A stretch of DNA of 64,000 bases from positions 114,824,001 to 114,888,000 of the forward strand of contig OZ024740.1 of NCBI GenBank assembly GCA_964016885.1, given 5' to 3'. The DNA is from Eledone cirrhosa (taxonomy: Eukaryota). The position numbers and the translations under genes were made by a program. Under the pieces are notes generated by a model that worked only from the letters and a program-made list of their open reading frames with translations, searched no databases and was not told where the DNA came from. Of the stretch, positions 1 to 16,149 are shown one piece after another (positions within the stretch are counted from its first letter, which is position 1; each line of letters starts with the position of its first letter).

Positions 1-407
1 GGAATGGAAGGGCAAGGTTTGAGATCACTCTAGTCAGCTATTAACCACCTATCATTTTGTGACAGTTACATGTGTATTGCCATAACAGTATACAGGGCTT
101 TCATTGGTAACGTTTTTCTCCCAACCCTTATATTCTCTCGTAGGCTTTTAATAAAGTATTCTTTGTAGGATGGATTACATAATTGGCATGTTTTGGATCC
201 ATAATTGGCATGTTTTGGTCACTCAATGTTGATATTGTGTCATTTGTTTGTACAGAAATATGCAATCTTGTTCGGTTACATATCGCAGGTACACTAAATA
301 AAGATGTAACCCCATTATTGGGAGTGAAAAGATGTTAGGGAAAATATGTTAGCGAATAAAGGTATAATAAGATGGCTATATCCAAAATGGTATTATATAT
401 ATATATT

Positions 408-516
<109 letters not shown>

Positions 517-3395
517 GACTCATTTCGAAAACGTTTTCAAAAATGTTCAAATATGTGAACTAAGAAATATCAATCACTACTTACTTAAGTATAATCATGT
601 ATTCTTAACCAGAAACCTTCAAAACCGTTATAGATAGAAAAACCAATAGAAAACAATACATATCTCTATTACATTAATGTGCTAGTAAGATTACTTACAA
701 CTCGAAATCCGCTAATATGAGATTACGCTGCCACATAACGTGGTTCGCACCTTCTTTTTATATTATTATTAATTCTAACAACACTAAATCAAATTAGTCT
801 TAATATACCAGCATTTCGAATCACTGAAGAATACAGACAACTATTGAATAGAAAAACCTCCTAAGCTGAGTTATATCTATACTAATATGAGAAGTTAAAT
901 ACCATGTAAAAAAAATAAATACAAACACACCCCTACACATATAACGCAGAAGTCAAATCTGTCATTAACATCACACACTAATAATATGTAAGTATAGTGG
1001 AAAGTTCTTTTAAACAAAGATATTATAACCATAGTTTGTCCCCAAGATTCTATAGAAAAGATGAATACAGCAAAATTATAGTTATATATGTCGCTTGAAA
1101 AAACATGCCACTGATTTTAAGATAAATTAAAAATACTCAAAACACATAAGCTCTTACATAAATGGGAAAAACCTGCAGAGCTGAGGAGCGTCATATAATT
1201 TGAATAAATTCACAAACTTTATAAATATCAGTTGAATGACCTACACCAAGTGCCATTAATTCGCAAAGTACCTCCTTGCACACTGTGATATCATGCCTCT
1301 ACCCTGTTGAAGGGAATATCTCTTAATTATTTTCCAGAAACAATTACAGTCTCTATTTGCATATTTAATATTAAAAGACAAATAATTGTTTCTACTTTTA
1401 TAATTGTTTCTACTTTATTTATTAAAAGACAAATAATCACACGTGTTCTTGCTATAACTGATGTTATCAACACTTTCTATTTCCATTATAAATTTCAAAC
1501 AATAAAATGTGATCACTTAGTTAGAAAAATCATGCAGTTTCCATTCCTCTCTTCATGTTTAACCTACTCATGGAGGGTGGCGAACTCAAAACTTCATACA
1601 AAAACATTGTCACTTCAATGGCGCAGTCTTTTAGTAGCATCTCTTTATCACTCTTCAATAATCATATTGTGTAGCTATTCAATATCCTGTAATGCTCTGA
1701 TCCTTTAGTTTCACCCATTTTCAAATACACAGAGACATAATGCACCCATAAAAAATATTTATTTGTAAACATTTACCCGAAATGCGATACTAGAAACTCT
1801 GCCTCGTGACAACCTTATATGTCGTGAAACTTTAAATTATAATATATTATCAATAGCGGAATGTATGTGTGTGTGTGTGTGTGTGTGCATGTGTGTCTGT
1901 ATGTATGCATGTATATATGAGTGTGTGCGTATGTATGCATATATGTATGCATGTATATGTGTATGTGTGTGTATGTATGTATGTATTATGCATGTATGTA
2001 GGTATGTATGATGCCTCCATATGGAAGTATATATATATATTTGTGTTCGCGTGCATACATGTATTTATCGGTGTATGTTATAGTGTGTGAATGTAAACAT
2101 GTAGATGACTTTATTTAATTGTATTTGTTTATTTAATATAATCCAATATATGCCGCATTGTTGCTATACACCGTTTACAAATATATTTGTGAAAGATGTA
2201 GAAAAATAATACGAGTATATATAAATATACAAATATATATAAATATACAAATATATATATAAATATACAAATATATATAAATATATGTTTTCCCATGAAA
2301 TCTTCCATATTAGTATAAGTCTAAAGAATCAAATATGAGGAAAAAAACATAACAAATAACCAATATAAGCAATCACTGCAGCAATGACTACGACAATAGG
2401 ATCCGTATTAAAATATCACCATAAAAGAAAGCATGCGGTACATTTATTCTCCGCTACTCTCGTCCCCAACTACAACTGTTATCGCCTCTAGCACAACTGG
2501 GACAACTATAATAAAAAAAAAAAACAACAACAGCAGAACCAAATCACCACAAAAGAAACTGAGAAACGGGTTTTAATAACTCAACAATACCACTGCCACC
2601 ACTACCACCTCCACCATTAACGCTATTAATACTATTACTACAGCAAAAAAGGCAAGCATTATTATGACAAATACCGTCAGCAAAATTCTGAATAACAACA
2701 AAAACAACTCAATATAACGGGGAAAATACAAAACTACAGCAACAGTCAAACATAAATATGCACACATGTAAACACATATAAGAAAATAAAGATTAAAAAA
2801 TTAAAAAGAAAAAAAAATCATTAATTTTACGCATGCGCATTTACGTATTCTAAACAATTATTTAGTTTCTTATGTTAGAAGAATTAATAAAAAAAATATA
2901 TATATAAAAAATACTAAATAACTAAATGTCTATGTTTAAGTTTATATTTTAATGATTGAAAATAACAGAAAAATATAATTTGAAAAAGTCAACTAATAAA
3001 AAGAACTAAAATGGAAATGAAATTCAAGGAAATGAAACAAAAAATAATGACACAAAACAAAGAAAAAATACAAAGCATTGAACAAGAATTGATCGACAGT
3101 CCTTTATCTTTAGGAGAACAGCTGTTTATTCTCTGCCTATTATTTTTTATTTATTTCATGTAATTTCTTGTTTCACGGTCCTTGTCTTCTTTTCGTATTT
3201 ATTTCAAAGCAAGTAGGCTGGATGCTATACATAATGAATATATGTTTGATTTGATATATATACATATAGAAAGAATATAGGGATAATTCTCTCTGCCTCG
3301 CTTTCTCTAACTGTCTTTCAATATATATATATGTGTGTGTGAGTGTGTGTGTGGGTGGGTGTGTATGCGTGTGTGTGTGTGTCTATCTCTCTCTC

Positions 3396-3430
<35 letters not shown>

Positions 3431-3517
3431 ATACATGCGTATATATATACACACACATACACACGCATATATATATATATATATATAAATATATAGGGAA
3501 AATGGAATGGGAACAAA

Positions 3518-3917
<400 letters not shown>

Positions 3918-4253
3918 GTCTATAAGTCTGTATATACGTCTATAAGTCTGTATATATGTAAGTATGCCTGCATGTATGAATGTATATATTTTAGTTTTTC
4001 GATGATGGGCATGAAAAATTATTTATGATAAAATAGAATTATGCATTTACAACGAAAATTCAAGCCTACATACAATAAAATGAGGCACTATATATATATA
4101 TAAATACACACACACACACACAGAAACACACATATACATATATAGATATAGATATAAATATAGATATATATAGGGCTCTCCTGATTTTTTTCTTTTGCTC
4201 TCGTCCTCTGGAAGCCATTTTTATATCAATGTATGTATATATATATTAATGTA

Positions 4254-4310
<57 letters not shown>

Positions 4311-4322
4311 TGGGGAGGTGTA

Positions 4323-4360
<38 letters not shown>

Positions 4361-5444
4361 CATGTATCTATCGATATAAGAATGTTTTCATACGTATTAG
4401 AATTTACACTGATTCACAATTAAATATGATAAATGAAAAGAAACACCAAAAAAGCAACACAAAAGGTTAACACATAAGGAAACAAACACGTATATATTCG
4501 CAATCCTACAAGCACATATAATTAAATAGCTTCAGGTTTGAACGCTATATCTTCACTAATATATTTCTGTATATGACAGTCTCTATTGGCATAACGTAGG
4601 GTTTCACCCAATTAATTTATATTTCAAATCTAAAAAAAAAATCAATATATTGGTTTCAGATAGCTCTTTTCATATTTGCCTCATAACAGCAACTCCAGGG
4701 GTCTTCTTCTCCATTCAAAATCCATAGCAATATATGTCGAAACTAATTAATAATTTTCGATAGAGGAGCTAGCTACATTGCATCAGGCTGGATGAACATA
4801 AATAAATCAATTTGTCAGTCTGTTTTCATTGTATTACTTTAATATCTCTTTCTTCCCTCGCTTCACTCCCTCCCTTTATTATCCGTGTATATAGGCATGT
4901 CCGTACTTATGAATACATCATTATACAAATACACATATACATACACACACACACACATATATATCTACATATCTATATATCTATCCATCTCTCTCTCTCT
5001 ATATATATATATATAATTATATATATATATAATTGTATATATATATAATTATATATATATATAATTATATATATATATATAATTATTATTGAGATAACTC
5101 TCTATAACTGTGCTGTTACTCATTGTTTGGCGAATTGCTGCTGATCACGGAACTGGGAATAATTTTTACAAGACACAATATATATGGCAAATATAATAGG
5201 TTAGCTAATATGGTCTTAAACGAAATAGGATTGTGAACACTGAAATACACATAGATGTATACAATGCATACACATCCACACACACCAAACTCAGAGAACT
5301 AACAGTTATGGTATCAGAAATAATATATATATATATCTGGATTATCATATTTGCAAGTCAAATCTGATATATATATATATATATATATATGTATATTAAA
5401 ATACAAATATTAATAAAATAGATGTTCTTTTGATCAATTAAATT

Positions 5445-5502
5445 TCATTATACATATTTCAGAGGTACAACAGTACGTCCTCATCAGACAAAATATAATG
5501 AT
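5445..5502 (-). ncRNA. Type I hammerhead ribozyme motif (inverted pLTR copy)
   Basis: Minus strand reads tcattatattttgt-CTGATGA-ggacgtactgttgtacctct-GAAA-tatgta-taatga. Confidence 0.6.
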
Positions 5503-5706
5503 ACATGACATACTCTGAGATGTTAAATGGTTAAGATTTAATCAAGGTAGTGATTAACCTATGAGAAAACTCAACATTTATACACTACGCCAAACATTTA
5601 TACCCTACCCATACGCCAAACAAATTGAGGAAAAGAACTAGATCTAAATCAGTCATATGGTTCGGTAGCAGTTAGAACACCAATTGCAAAATTATTCTTT
5701 AATGCT

Positions 5707-6333
5707 TTGGACACCTCTTTCCCTACTCAACATAAATACCATTCCATTTTTAATAGACAAACTATTAAATTGTCTTACTCAACTATGAATATGGCCCAAA
5801 ACATTGCTAAATTAAACAGTAAACTTCTAAAGCAGAATCAGTATAATGATATTCATAATAGTGTTAACATAAATGATAATAAACCAAAATGTAATTGTAG
5901 AAATAAAATTGATTGCCCTCTGCAAAATAATTGTTTGGATAGGAATTTGGTGTATAAATGCACCGTTAAAACTGATTACAACACATACAACTACATAGGA
6001 TCGACTTCTTCAACATTTAAAGCCAGATTTGCGAATCATAAATGCTCATTTTCGAACTCCAAGAGGAAATCATCCACTTCTTTATCACAGCTTATATGGT
6101 TATTAAAAGAGAAGAATTTAAAATACTCCATTTTTTGGACGAAACTTCGGAATAGTGGAGTTTACTGCAACTCAAGTATATCAAGTAACTGCGCGTTTTG
6201 TACAATGGAGACCCTTTTGATTATTAATAATTATGAGACCTTAATTAACAAAAAAAGTGAATTATTCTTTAACTGCCTTCATAATGCCTTGTCTACATTC
6301 CAAGCCTCCCATAAGACCATGAAAAAACAATAA
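5707..6333 (+). pseudogene. C-terminal fragment of PLE polyprotein: CxCx5Cx5C linker plus GIY-YIG endonuclease
   Basis: Motifs CNCRNKIDCPLQNNC, LVYKC..YIGST..FKARFANHK and CAFCTME. Visibly homologous to the C-terminus of the 820-aa ORF. Confidence 0.85.
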
Positions 6334-6796
6334 CCAACCAAACTTGGTTTTTAGACGTACATAATCAACAGTTGAAAACCTTAATGGCCTTTAATATTGC
6401 TTTATCTTATAACTATCTATAAAGGAAATAACGTTTGAATGAATGACACTTGTTTAATAACATGCTAACACGTTGATATACATAACATATAATTATTAAC
6501 TTTGATCCACACCATTATTTCTCTATCTTTATTTTTCTATCTATGTTTTAAATATAGTTCAAATATCCAACGTGTAATTTTTTACGGACCTTATTTTGAA
6601 CTGTGAATCATTCATGCGTTTACACTCTTTTATATATATGTCTGTATTTAACTTATGCATGTTGGAATCTATTATCTAAGATTATAATCGTTATCATTTA
6701 CCAAAAGTATACTGTCTCATTAATACTTAGTATATCTCTCTATACCTAATTTTTTGCAAATATGTGTATATTGTATAATAACATAATCAGATTATT

Positions 6797-7110
6797 AGAT
6801 CCCGCCGAGGTCAACTTTGCCTTTCATCCTTACGGGGTGGATAAAATAAAGTACCAGTAATGTACTGAGTAATTGCTGGCCTTGTGCCGAAAGTAGAAAC
6901 AATTATTAGTTACGTATATCTCTGCATTTGTTTTTTTTTGCATCGATATTTATAATTGTTTCTACTTTAGGCACAAGGCCAGCAATTACCCAGTATATTA
7001 CTGGTACTTTATTTTATCGACCCCGTAAGGATGAAAGGCAACGTTAACCTCGGCGGGATTTGAACTCAGACTGTAAAGGGACGTAACTATGCCAATTCAC
7101 CGCATCTATA
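6797..7110. mobile_element. Two partial SINE copies in inverted (tail-to-tail) orientation
   Basis: 6797-6910 (+) and 6950-7110 (-) match the SINE at 60670-60860 (cccgccgag..tttgcctttcatcc..gataaaataaagtacc..ggccttgtgcc..agtagaaacaatt). Confidence 0.8.
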
Positions 7111-7293
7111 TTTATAATGTATAATAACTTAATCATAATTATTGTTTCGGTGTAACGCTATATATAGTTTGTGCAAATATAAATATATTGTACAATAACA
7201 TAATGAGTATTTAGAGTTCATTCTTCCCATAAAGGTAGAACTAATATAGTCATTTAATATAATATAATAAATATTAATTTATTACGATAAATG

Positions 7294-7335
<42 letters not shown>

Positions 7336-8029
7336 GCTGAAAACTCTGCGTTAATCATTGTACTTTAGACAATGTATCTACTTGACAATAAATTATTTGA
7401 TATTTGTAACAGTAAGTACTTCAGAAACTTTACATACCGAAAGAGTTGACACTGTTATATGTAATTTTTGTTAAAGATTACATTTAAGGGAATATTCAAC
7501 AGTGTATATTTTTCTTTCGCGGGCCTAGTAAATCCTTTAATTTTGTTTTCATAAAATTCAGAATTTTAGTAATCTAACACATTTAAAAAATTTATAAAAT
7601 TCATAAAATTAATATAAATAACCATCAACTTTTGAAAAATTTAAATTTTGATTCTTCACCCTAAAATAACATAAATTAAATATTTTGAAACTTAACCGCT
7701 AAGTCCATATAGGGAAAAAAATATTTTGCATAAATTACTCACCTTTATCTCTCCCTCTCTTTAATTATCTATCGGTTGCCTTCATAAACTGTAATAAAAT
7801 TATATTTCTAGACACGGCTTCCTCTATAATCCTAATTTGTAGTATCCCACATTTTAAAATCTCTATAACTGTTACATTAAAGCAACGTTTTCCTTACTCA
7901 TACCTTCTCTATTGAATCTATTACGTTTTCGCATTTTCTCATTATTAGGGTATAAATGTTGAGTTTTCTCATAGGTTAATCACTACCTTGATTAAATCTT
8001 AACCATTTAATATCTCAGGGTATGTCATG

Positions 8030-8092
8030 TATCATTATATATTTTTTCTGATGAGGACGTACTGTTGTACCTCTGAAATATGTATAATAAAA
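8030..8092 (+). ncRNA. Type I hammerhead ribozyme motif
   Basis: CTGATGA at 8048-8054, stem II ggacgtac/gtacctct, GAAA at 8075-8078, minimal stem III, GUA triplet. Confidence 0.6.
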
Positions 8093-8263
8093 TTTAATTG
8101 ATCAAAAGAACATCTATTTTATTAACATTTGTATTTTAATATTAATAACTCAGGAAAATATTACTGTAGAGTGCTTCCAATCTACTGTAAAACTTATTCT
8201 TTGATGTACTCATTGAATCTTGTTTAACTCTTTAATATATTAATATATATGTATATATATATG

Positions 8264-8340
<77 letters not shown>

Positions 8341-8426
8341 AATGGCGTGCTGCGTGGCTGAAAATGGGTTACATATGAATAAAATTAGTCCTTCATCAGT
8401 GATCTTGCAGCTTTCATTGGTATTTC

Positions 8427-10580
<2,154 letters not shown>

Positions 10581-10604
10581 CACACACATATATATAGATA
10601 TAGA

Positions 10605-10679
<75 letters not shown>

Positions 10680-12165
10680 CGTTTCTGAATTTGTTTAGCA
10701 AGATTCTGTATCGGAAAACGTGTGTTGAAACCAATATTGTTATACTTTGGGAGGGTCATGTTGCCAATAAGAAACACAAGCACCAGAAGCTTTCACTTCA
10801 ATTCATTATGAATTAAGTTTATAAATTTAGGAATTTATAAATTTCCGGTTGGGTGGTTGGTTCCACAACCGGATGATTGTTCATATATTGTCAAAGTTCT
10901 TTCGTCACACATTATGTGACCTCTTCAGTGACTGGGGATTATTTTCTTTGTTTTTTTGCCTGTCCTTTGTAAGGTCCTACGCCATCTTATTTTTGTGTGT
11001 GCCGTGTGCTTAGTTTGCGTATGTGTTACATCCGGGTGTCTGTGTGTGTTTATATTTGTTTATTTATTTGTTTATTTACATGTTACTTGTTGGCTGTTTG
11101 TTCTATGTGTGTGTGTGTTTTCATTTTGTCCTTAATTGTAAGTTGTGATGTTGCTGTTCCATTCATGTTTTCTATTTAATTTTGGTTGGAGTTCATTTAT
11201 GTTTATTGCCTCTGTGATTCGTCTAAACATTGCGTCTTTTCTGTGTGTAGATTCTATTTTTATTTCTATGATCTCTAATTTACCCTTATGTTCTATTTTA
11301 GCATGTTGGAGTACAGATGATTCTTTACTATCTTGAAGCTCTCGCCAGTGTTCAATTATAGTTTCCCCTATACTACGAGCTGTATCACCTATGTACACTA
11401 TATTCTTATCTCTACATTGTCCTTCAGTACAGCTTATGCTATATACTACATTTCTAGTTTTACAGTTAATATGGGGACTTAATTTACAGATTATACATGT
11501 CTTATCTATACAGCGAGGTCTTTGAAAAGGGTAGGTCTTGCTAATAAGTGTTTTTTATGGAGGTACCTGGTCTTTCTACTATCTTAATATTGAGTTTATG
11601 TTTATCTAGGGCCCTTCTAAATGTGTAAGCTAATTCACATCTTGGGTTTGTATCGATGAACATTACACTCTGGTATTTATTGCTATCATACCATGAGTTT
11701 ATTCTATTAACCTTATTCCTAGTTCTTTCTATTCTATTCCAAATTTTGCTCCTATACAAGGGGCAGGTCCCATTTGTATCATTAATTACCATTTTTTCCC
11801 ATTTGGTTCTGGATCCTCTATATACTCTGATTTTATCTCTCTGATTGTAACCAGAGAACTGCATACGGTGGATGAAGTGTTGTATGTGTCTCTCTAGTTC
11901 TTTGGGGTTGCACATGCGGGACACGTTTCTCATCACCCGTACCAAATCCGCGATCAGTATGTTGATTTTGGTATGGTCCAAAACAGCTGAGTTTCGGTGG
12001 ATCAGATATTTGGAAATCATGGGTTTGGCATAATGGGAATGGGAATGGGAATGGGAATGGGAATGGGAAAGGAGGATTTGTTTTTTGTTATAATAAATTG
12101 AAGTTAAACAACTGGTGCGTGTGTTTCTTATTGGCAACATGACCCTCCCAAAGTATAACAATATA
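10680..12165 (-). mobile_element. 5'-truncated PLE (non-Naiad; RT thumb plus GIY-YIG) with short inverted pLTR arm
   Basis: Peptides [24 protein letters not shown] and VVYSISC..YIGDTARSI..EH..RITEAI. 12090-12162 is an inverted copy of 10733-10805. HHR at 10890-10932. Confidence 0.85.
10890..10932 (-). ncRNA. Minimal type I hammerhead ribozyme motif
   Basis: Minus strand reads gtca-CTGAAGA-ggtcacataatgtgtgac-GAAA-gaactt-tgac. Stem I is gtca/tgac and stem II is gtcaca/tgtgac. Confidence 0.7.
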
Positions 12166-12194
12166 TATATATATAACAATATATATATATATAT

Positions 12195-12283
<89 letters not shown>

Positions 12284-12298
12284 TATATATATATATAA

Positions 12299-12351
<53 letters not shown>

Positions 12352-12354
<3 letters not shown>

Positions 12355-14909
12355 GCAAAAGTTTTATTTAAAATTGTTGGGTTACAACAAGTAAATATTT
12401 TATAACTGATATAAAGCACTCGACAAATTTTTGGAGTAGATATACGATATTAAACAAATGGAAACTATATTTATAAAACCATATTTATTTCATTATACAT
12501 ACTTCAGGGATACCATATTAAAAATATGGCATGCCTTCGTCAGATAAAATACAATATATAAACAGTTTTATAAATAATTTTGACGTACCATAATATAAGC
12601 GACCATTAAATTAGCAGGCTGCCTTGGTAGTGAAGTGTTTATAATTATTTAGTTATAGTGTTAAGCACAGTTAGAAAAAAGACGGAGAAGAAAAAAAAGA
12701 AAAAAAAACGCAGAAAAATAAAAGAAGAAACGGAGGTAAAGAAAAACAGAGAGAGAGAGAGGGGAGAGAGAAAGAAGGAGGGGCTGAAAAAAGAGAGGCA
12801 ACCGAAAGCAACAGATAAATAATAATAATTCACCATACAAATAGAGAGATTCAAGAGAGAGGGAGTACTATATATAGAGAGAGTACAGTAATTATTTAGT
12901 TATAGTGTTAAGTACAATTAGAGAAAAGACGGAGAGAAAGAAAAAAACGGAGATAAAGAGAAAACGGAGAGAGAGGGGGAGGAAAAGAAAGAGAGAGATA
13001 AAATATAACTAGATAGGGGGAAGTGAAAATACAAGAGAGAAATAAGAGAGAAATATGAGAGGCAAAACCAAAGCGACAGATACATAATACTTCATCATAT
13101 ATAAAGAGAGAGGAGAAAGAGCTATATATAGAGAGATAAGGATACAGTTACATATTTACGTCATGTCATATCAATTTGAATTATCAATTCATATGAAATG
13201 GATAATAGAATGTAAATATCAATATTCATGAATGAGACATAGATATATAATATGAGAAAATAACTTTGTTCAATAATGACCATATGTTTAGTTTAAAACT
13301 CTGAGGTCAATGTACCAAAATATGAGATAAACCTTCAAAAAATTACCCTATTTATAAAAATACGGAAATATATATGTATATATATATATACACGTATATG
13401 TACTTTCTGAAAAAAGAAAAAGAGAAAGTTATGTCTAGCTCTAGTCAATAATATTGACATAGACATGACTTTACGTGATCAACTCTATAATTTCTTGTGT
13501 CATAAAAAGAATTTCTTGTGTTATAAAAAATTTCACTATATATATACATAAAAAAAATAAAAAAAATAAACGATTAATATTCATGCCCTCACATATGTGA
13601 TTAACGTTCATGTATTTAATATTATGCATATCTGTAACATATACAGAACTATACCTATATATATATACATATGTATATACAAGATATCTGCGTGAGTATT
13701 CCAGCATCTCTATGCACACATACAGACACATGAACACATAAAATAAACTCTATAAGCCTTCTATATGCATGTTAATACACATATGGCCTTTGTATAGAGA
13801 TAATCAAATATCAATATATCAGCACAGAAACATCAAAACGCTAAAATATTTTCAACACACTATAGAGTATCTCAGGCCAAAAACAATATGCTTCATATAT
13901 TTACCAAAGAAATCTATCCTTTCAATTTTTCAGACAATATATTGCAAAGTCTATTAGAAGCAATCAGAGTAAAAAGCAAATAAAAAAAACTAAATTATTT
14001 AACAAGAATTATTTAAAAGATTTAGAAGACCCAGTGATTCTACGGATGCCCTTATATTTAGTATAGAAATTTATCTTGCGTAAAATTTATTTAATACATT
14101 GGGAGCATATACATTTTAGAGTAGTTTAATTACATCTTTGTTTATATTTATGAAGAAGGTTTAAAAAGAAAAAGGTGAAGGAATCAAAAGATTTATCGTC
14201 AGGTTTCATATATTAATTAAATTTCTTAATTAATTATACTACATTTTAAATTTATATTTATATTTAAACGTTGAGTTCAATCTATGTCTGCAGCAACTGA
14301 ATAAATTGCTCCTTTAAATTAAGGGAATTTTTGGATTTTAATATAAAGAATATCTCCACCACACAGAGATCACATGTCTCAGATGAGGAATTAAAAGGAA
14401 TCCCTCTTGAGACAATATTCCAAAACATCAAATACTCAACATTATCTCGTTTAAGTTGCCAGAGTAGGCTTGATAGTGAAGTTGAGAATTTTTGTTTGGA
14501 TCTGTGAAAGAATTCTTATGATTATTGAAGCGAAGTTTAAATTCTGTCGAGGTGGAACCAATATAGTTGAAAGAATTTAAGTTAGTTTTAACATTACAAT
14601 TGTATACTATATTTTTAACTAAGCAATTGTTATTTAACGGACAGTTTTTTTTTTTTTCTTTTTTCTTCGTCTTTTTTCTAACTGTGCTTAACACTATAAC
14701 TAAATAATTATAAACACTTCACTACCAAGGCAGCCTCCTAATTTAATGGTCGCTTATATTATGGCACGTCAAAATTATTTATAAAACTGTTTATATATTG
14801 TATTTTATCTGACGAAGGCATGCCATATTTTTAATATGGTATCCCTGAAATATGTATAATGAAATAAATATGGTTTTATAAATATAGTTTCCATTTGTTT
14901 AATATCGTA

Positions 14910-14910
<1 letters not shown>
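12352..14910 (-). mobile_element. 5'-truncated Naiad-type PLE with inverted pLTR
   Basis: GIY-YIG remnant at 14260-14645 (CPLNNNCLVKNIVYNC..YIGSTSTEFKLRFNNHK). 14645-14910 is an inverted copy of 12442-12712. HHR motif in both arms. Confidence 0.85.
14795..14866 (+). ncRNA. Type I hammerhead ribozyme motif; the partner copy at 12487-12555 (-) has GAAA changed to GAAG
   Basis: CTGACGA at 14809-14815, stem II aggcatgccatatt/aatatggtatccct, GAAA at 14847-14850, then tatgta. Confidence 0.6.
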
Positions 14911-14990
<80 letters not shown>

Positions 14991-15574
14991 AGACACTAGA
15001 AATTATTTTGTCCTCAAGAGCCCTGAATCGGTTCATACATATGTGTCTGTTTGTTGTGTGCGTGTGTGTGTGTGTGCGTATTTGCGTGTTTGTGTTTGAA
15101 CATATATATATTATCAAATCACATGTAAAATTAATTATTTGAAATGTTAAGGATTTTTCTTTGTCAATTTAATGAGCAGCCATAAAGCTGATGAAGATTG
15201 CGGACATTGTACAAGACTTTGTATTCTGATATCCTCAGTCATTTTATTAATATAAGTAGAAACAAAACCAACGTTATATGCCTGTAGAAGCAATAGGATT
15301 TAAACTTTCTTAATAAAAGTGACATAAAATGATTGAAATAACTACTTTATTCAGTTAGGGATTTAACGCTCTGCATATGGCATATTAACAATAATAGTTC
15401 CATTCTTGCGTTCTGAACAACTGATGGAATCATAGCAACGACGCCGGTGTAAAGGGCGCGTCATACGCATTTTATACACGGTAGAACCCTTTCCTCTCTA
15501 GGTTTCAGGCCTGCCGATTGTATTCCAGAGAAATAGCGAGAGGGAAGGGAAGATCAAGTGAGATATAGATAAAG

Positions 15575-15705
15575 GATCAACTCCTTGACTAGTAATTTAT
15601 TTATTGACCTGTAAATGATGAACATCCATTTTGACATTTGTTGGATTTGAACTCAGCATGCAGAGAGCTGAAATGAATAACGTTCAACCTTCTATTCGCT
15701 GTCCT
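15575..15705 (-). mobile_element. Highly degenerate SINE remnant
   Basis: tttattgacctgtaaatgatgaa..ggatttgaactcag resembles the reverse complement of the local SINE core and B box. Confidence 0.45.
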
Positions 15706-16149
15706 AATGCAAATTTGTATATGTGTGTTTCTGGATATGTGCATATGTATAGAAACACAAGCGACTGTTTTCGCGCGTACATGCTTATGTATTTTTAAAT
15801 CTCTAAGTATTTGTTATATATATATATGCATATGTATGTGTATGTGTGTGTTTTGTGAGTGAGTCTCTGAGTATAATTATAAATTATTTGTATCATTTTC
15901 TGACATAATTTTACCATAATCATGATACTTTAGATATATACAAAGTAACTGATAAATGAAACATTACTTCCCTTAGCCACTCGAGTGGACAGAAAAACAA
16001 CAACTTAAAAACATTAAAAAATTTGACTACAGGCAAAGTTCAAGCCATATTTGTTTCCCTTGTTTCAAATATGAAGATCTCCACTGTTTGGAGGACGTAC
16101 CTGCGGAGGAAGCCTCGGAAATTGTCGGAGAGGAGTTTGCGTGGCCCTG

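Larger units (their letters stand above)
5393..8245 (+). mobile_element. 5'-truncated Naiad-type PLE with inverted pLTR
   Basis: 5393-5583 is an inverted copy of 7950-8142. A GIY-YIG fragment lies inside, both arms carry an HHR motif, and the flanks are (TA)n. Confidence 0.85.
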
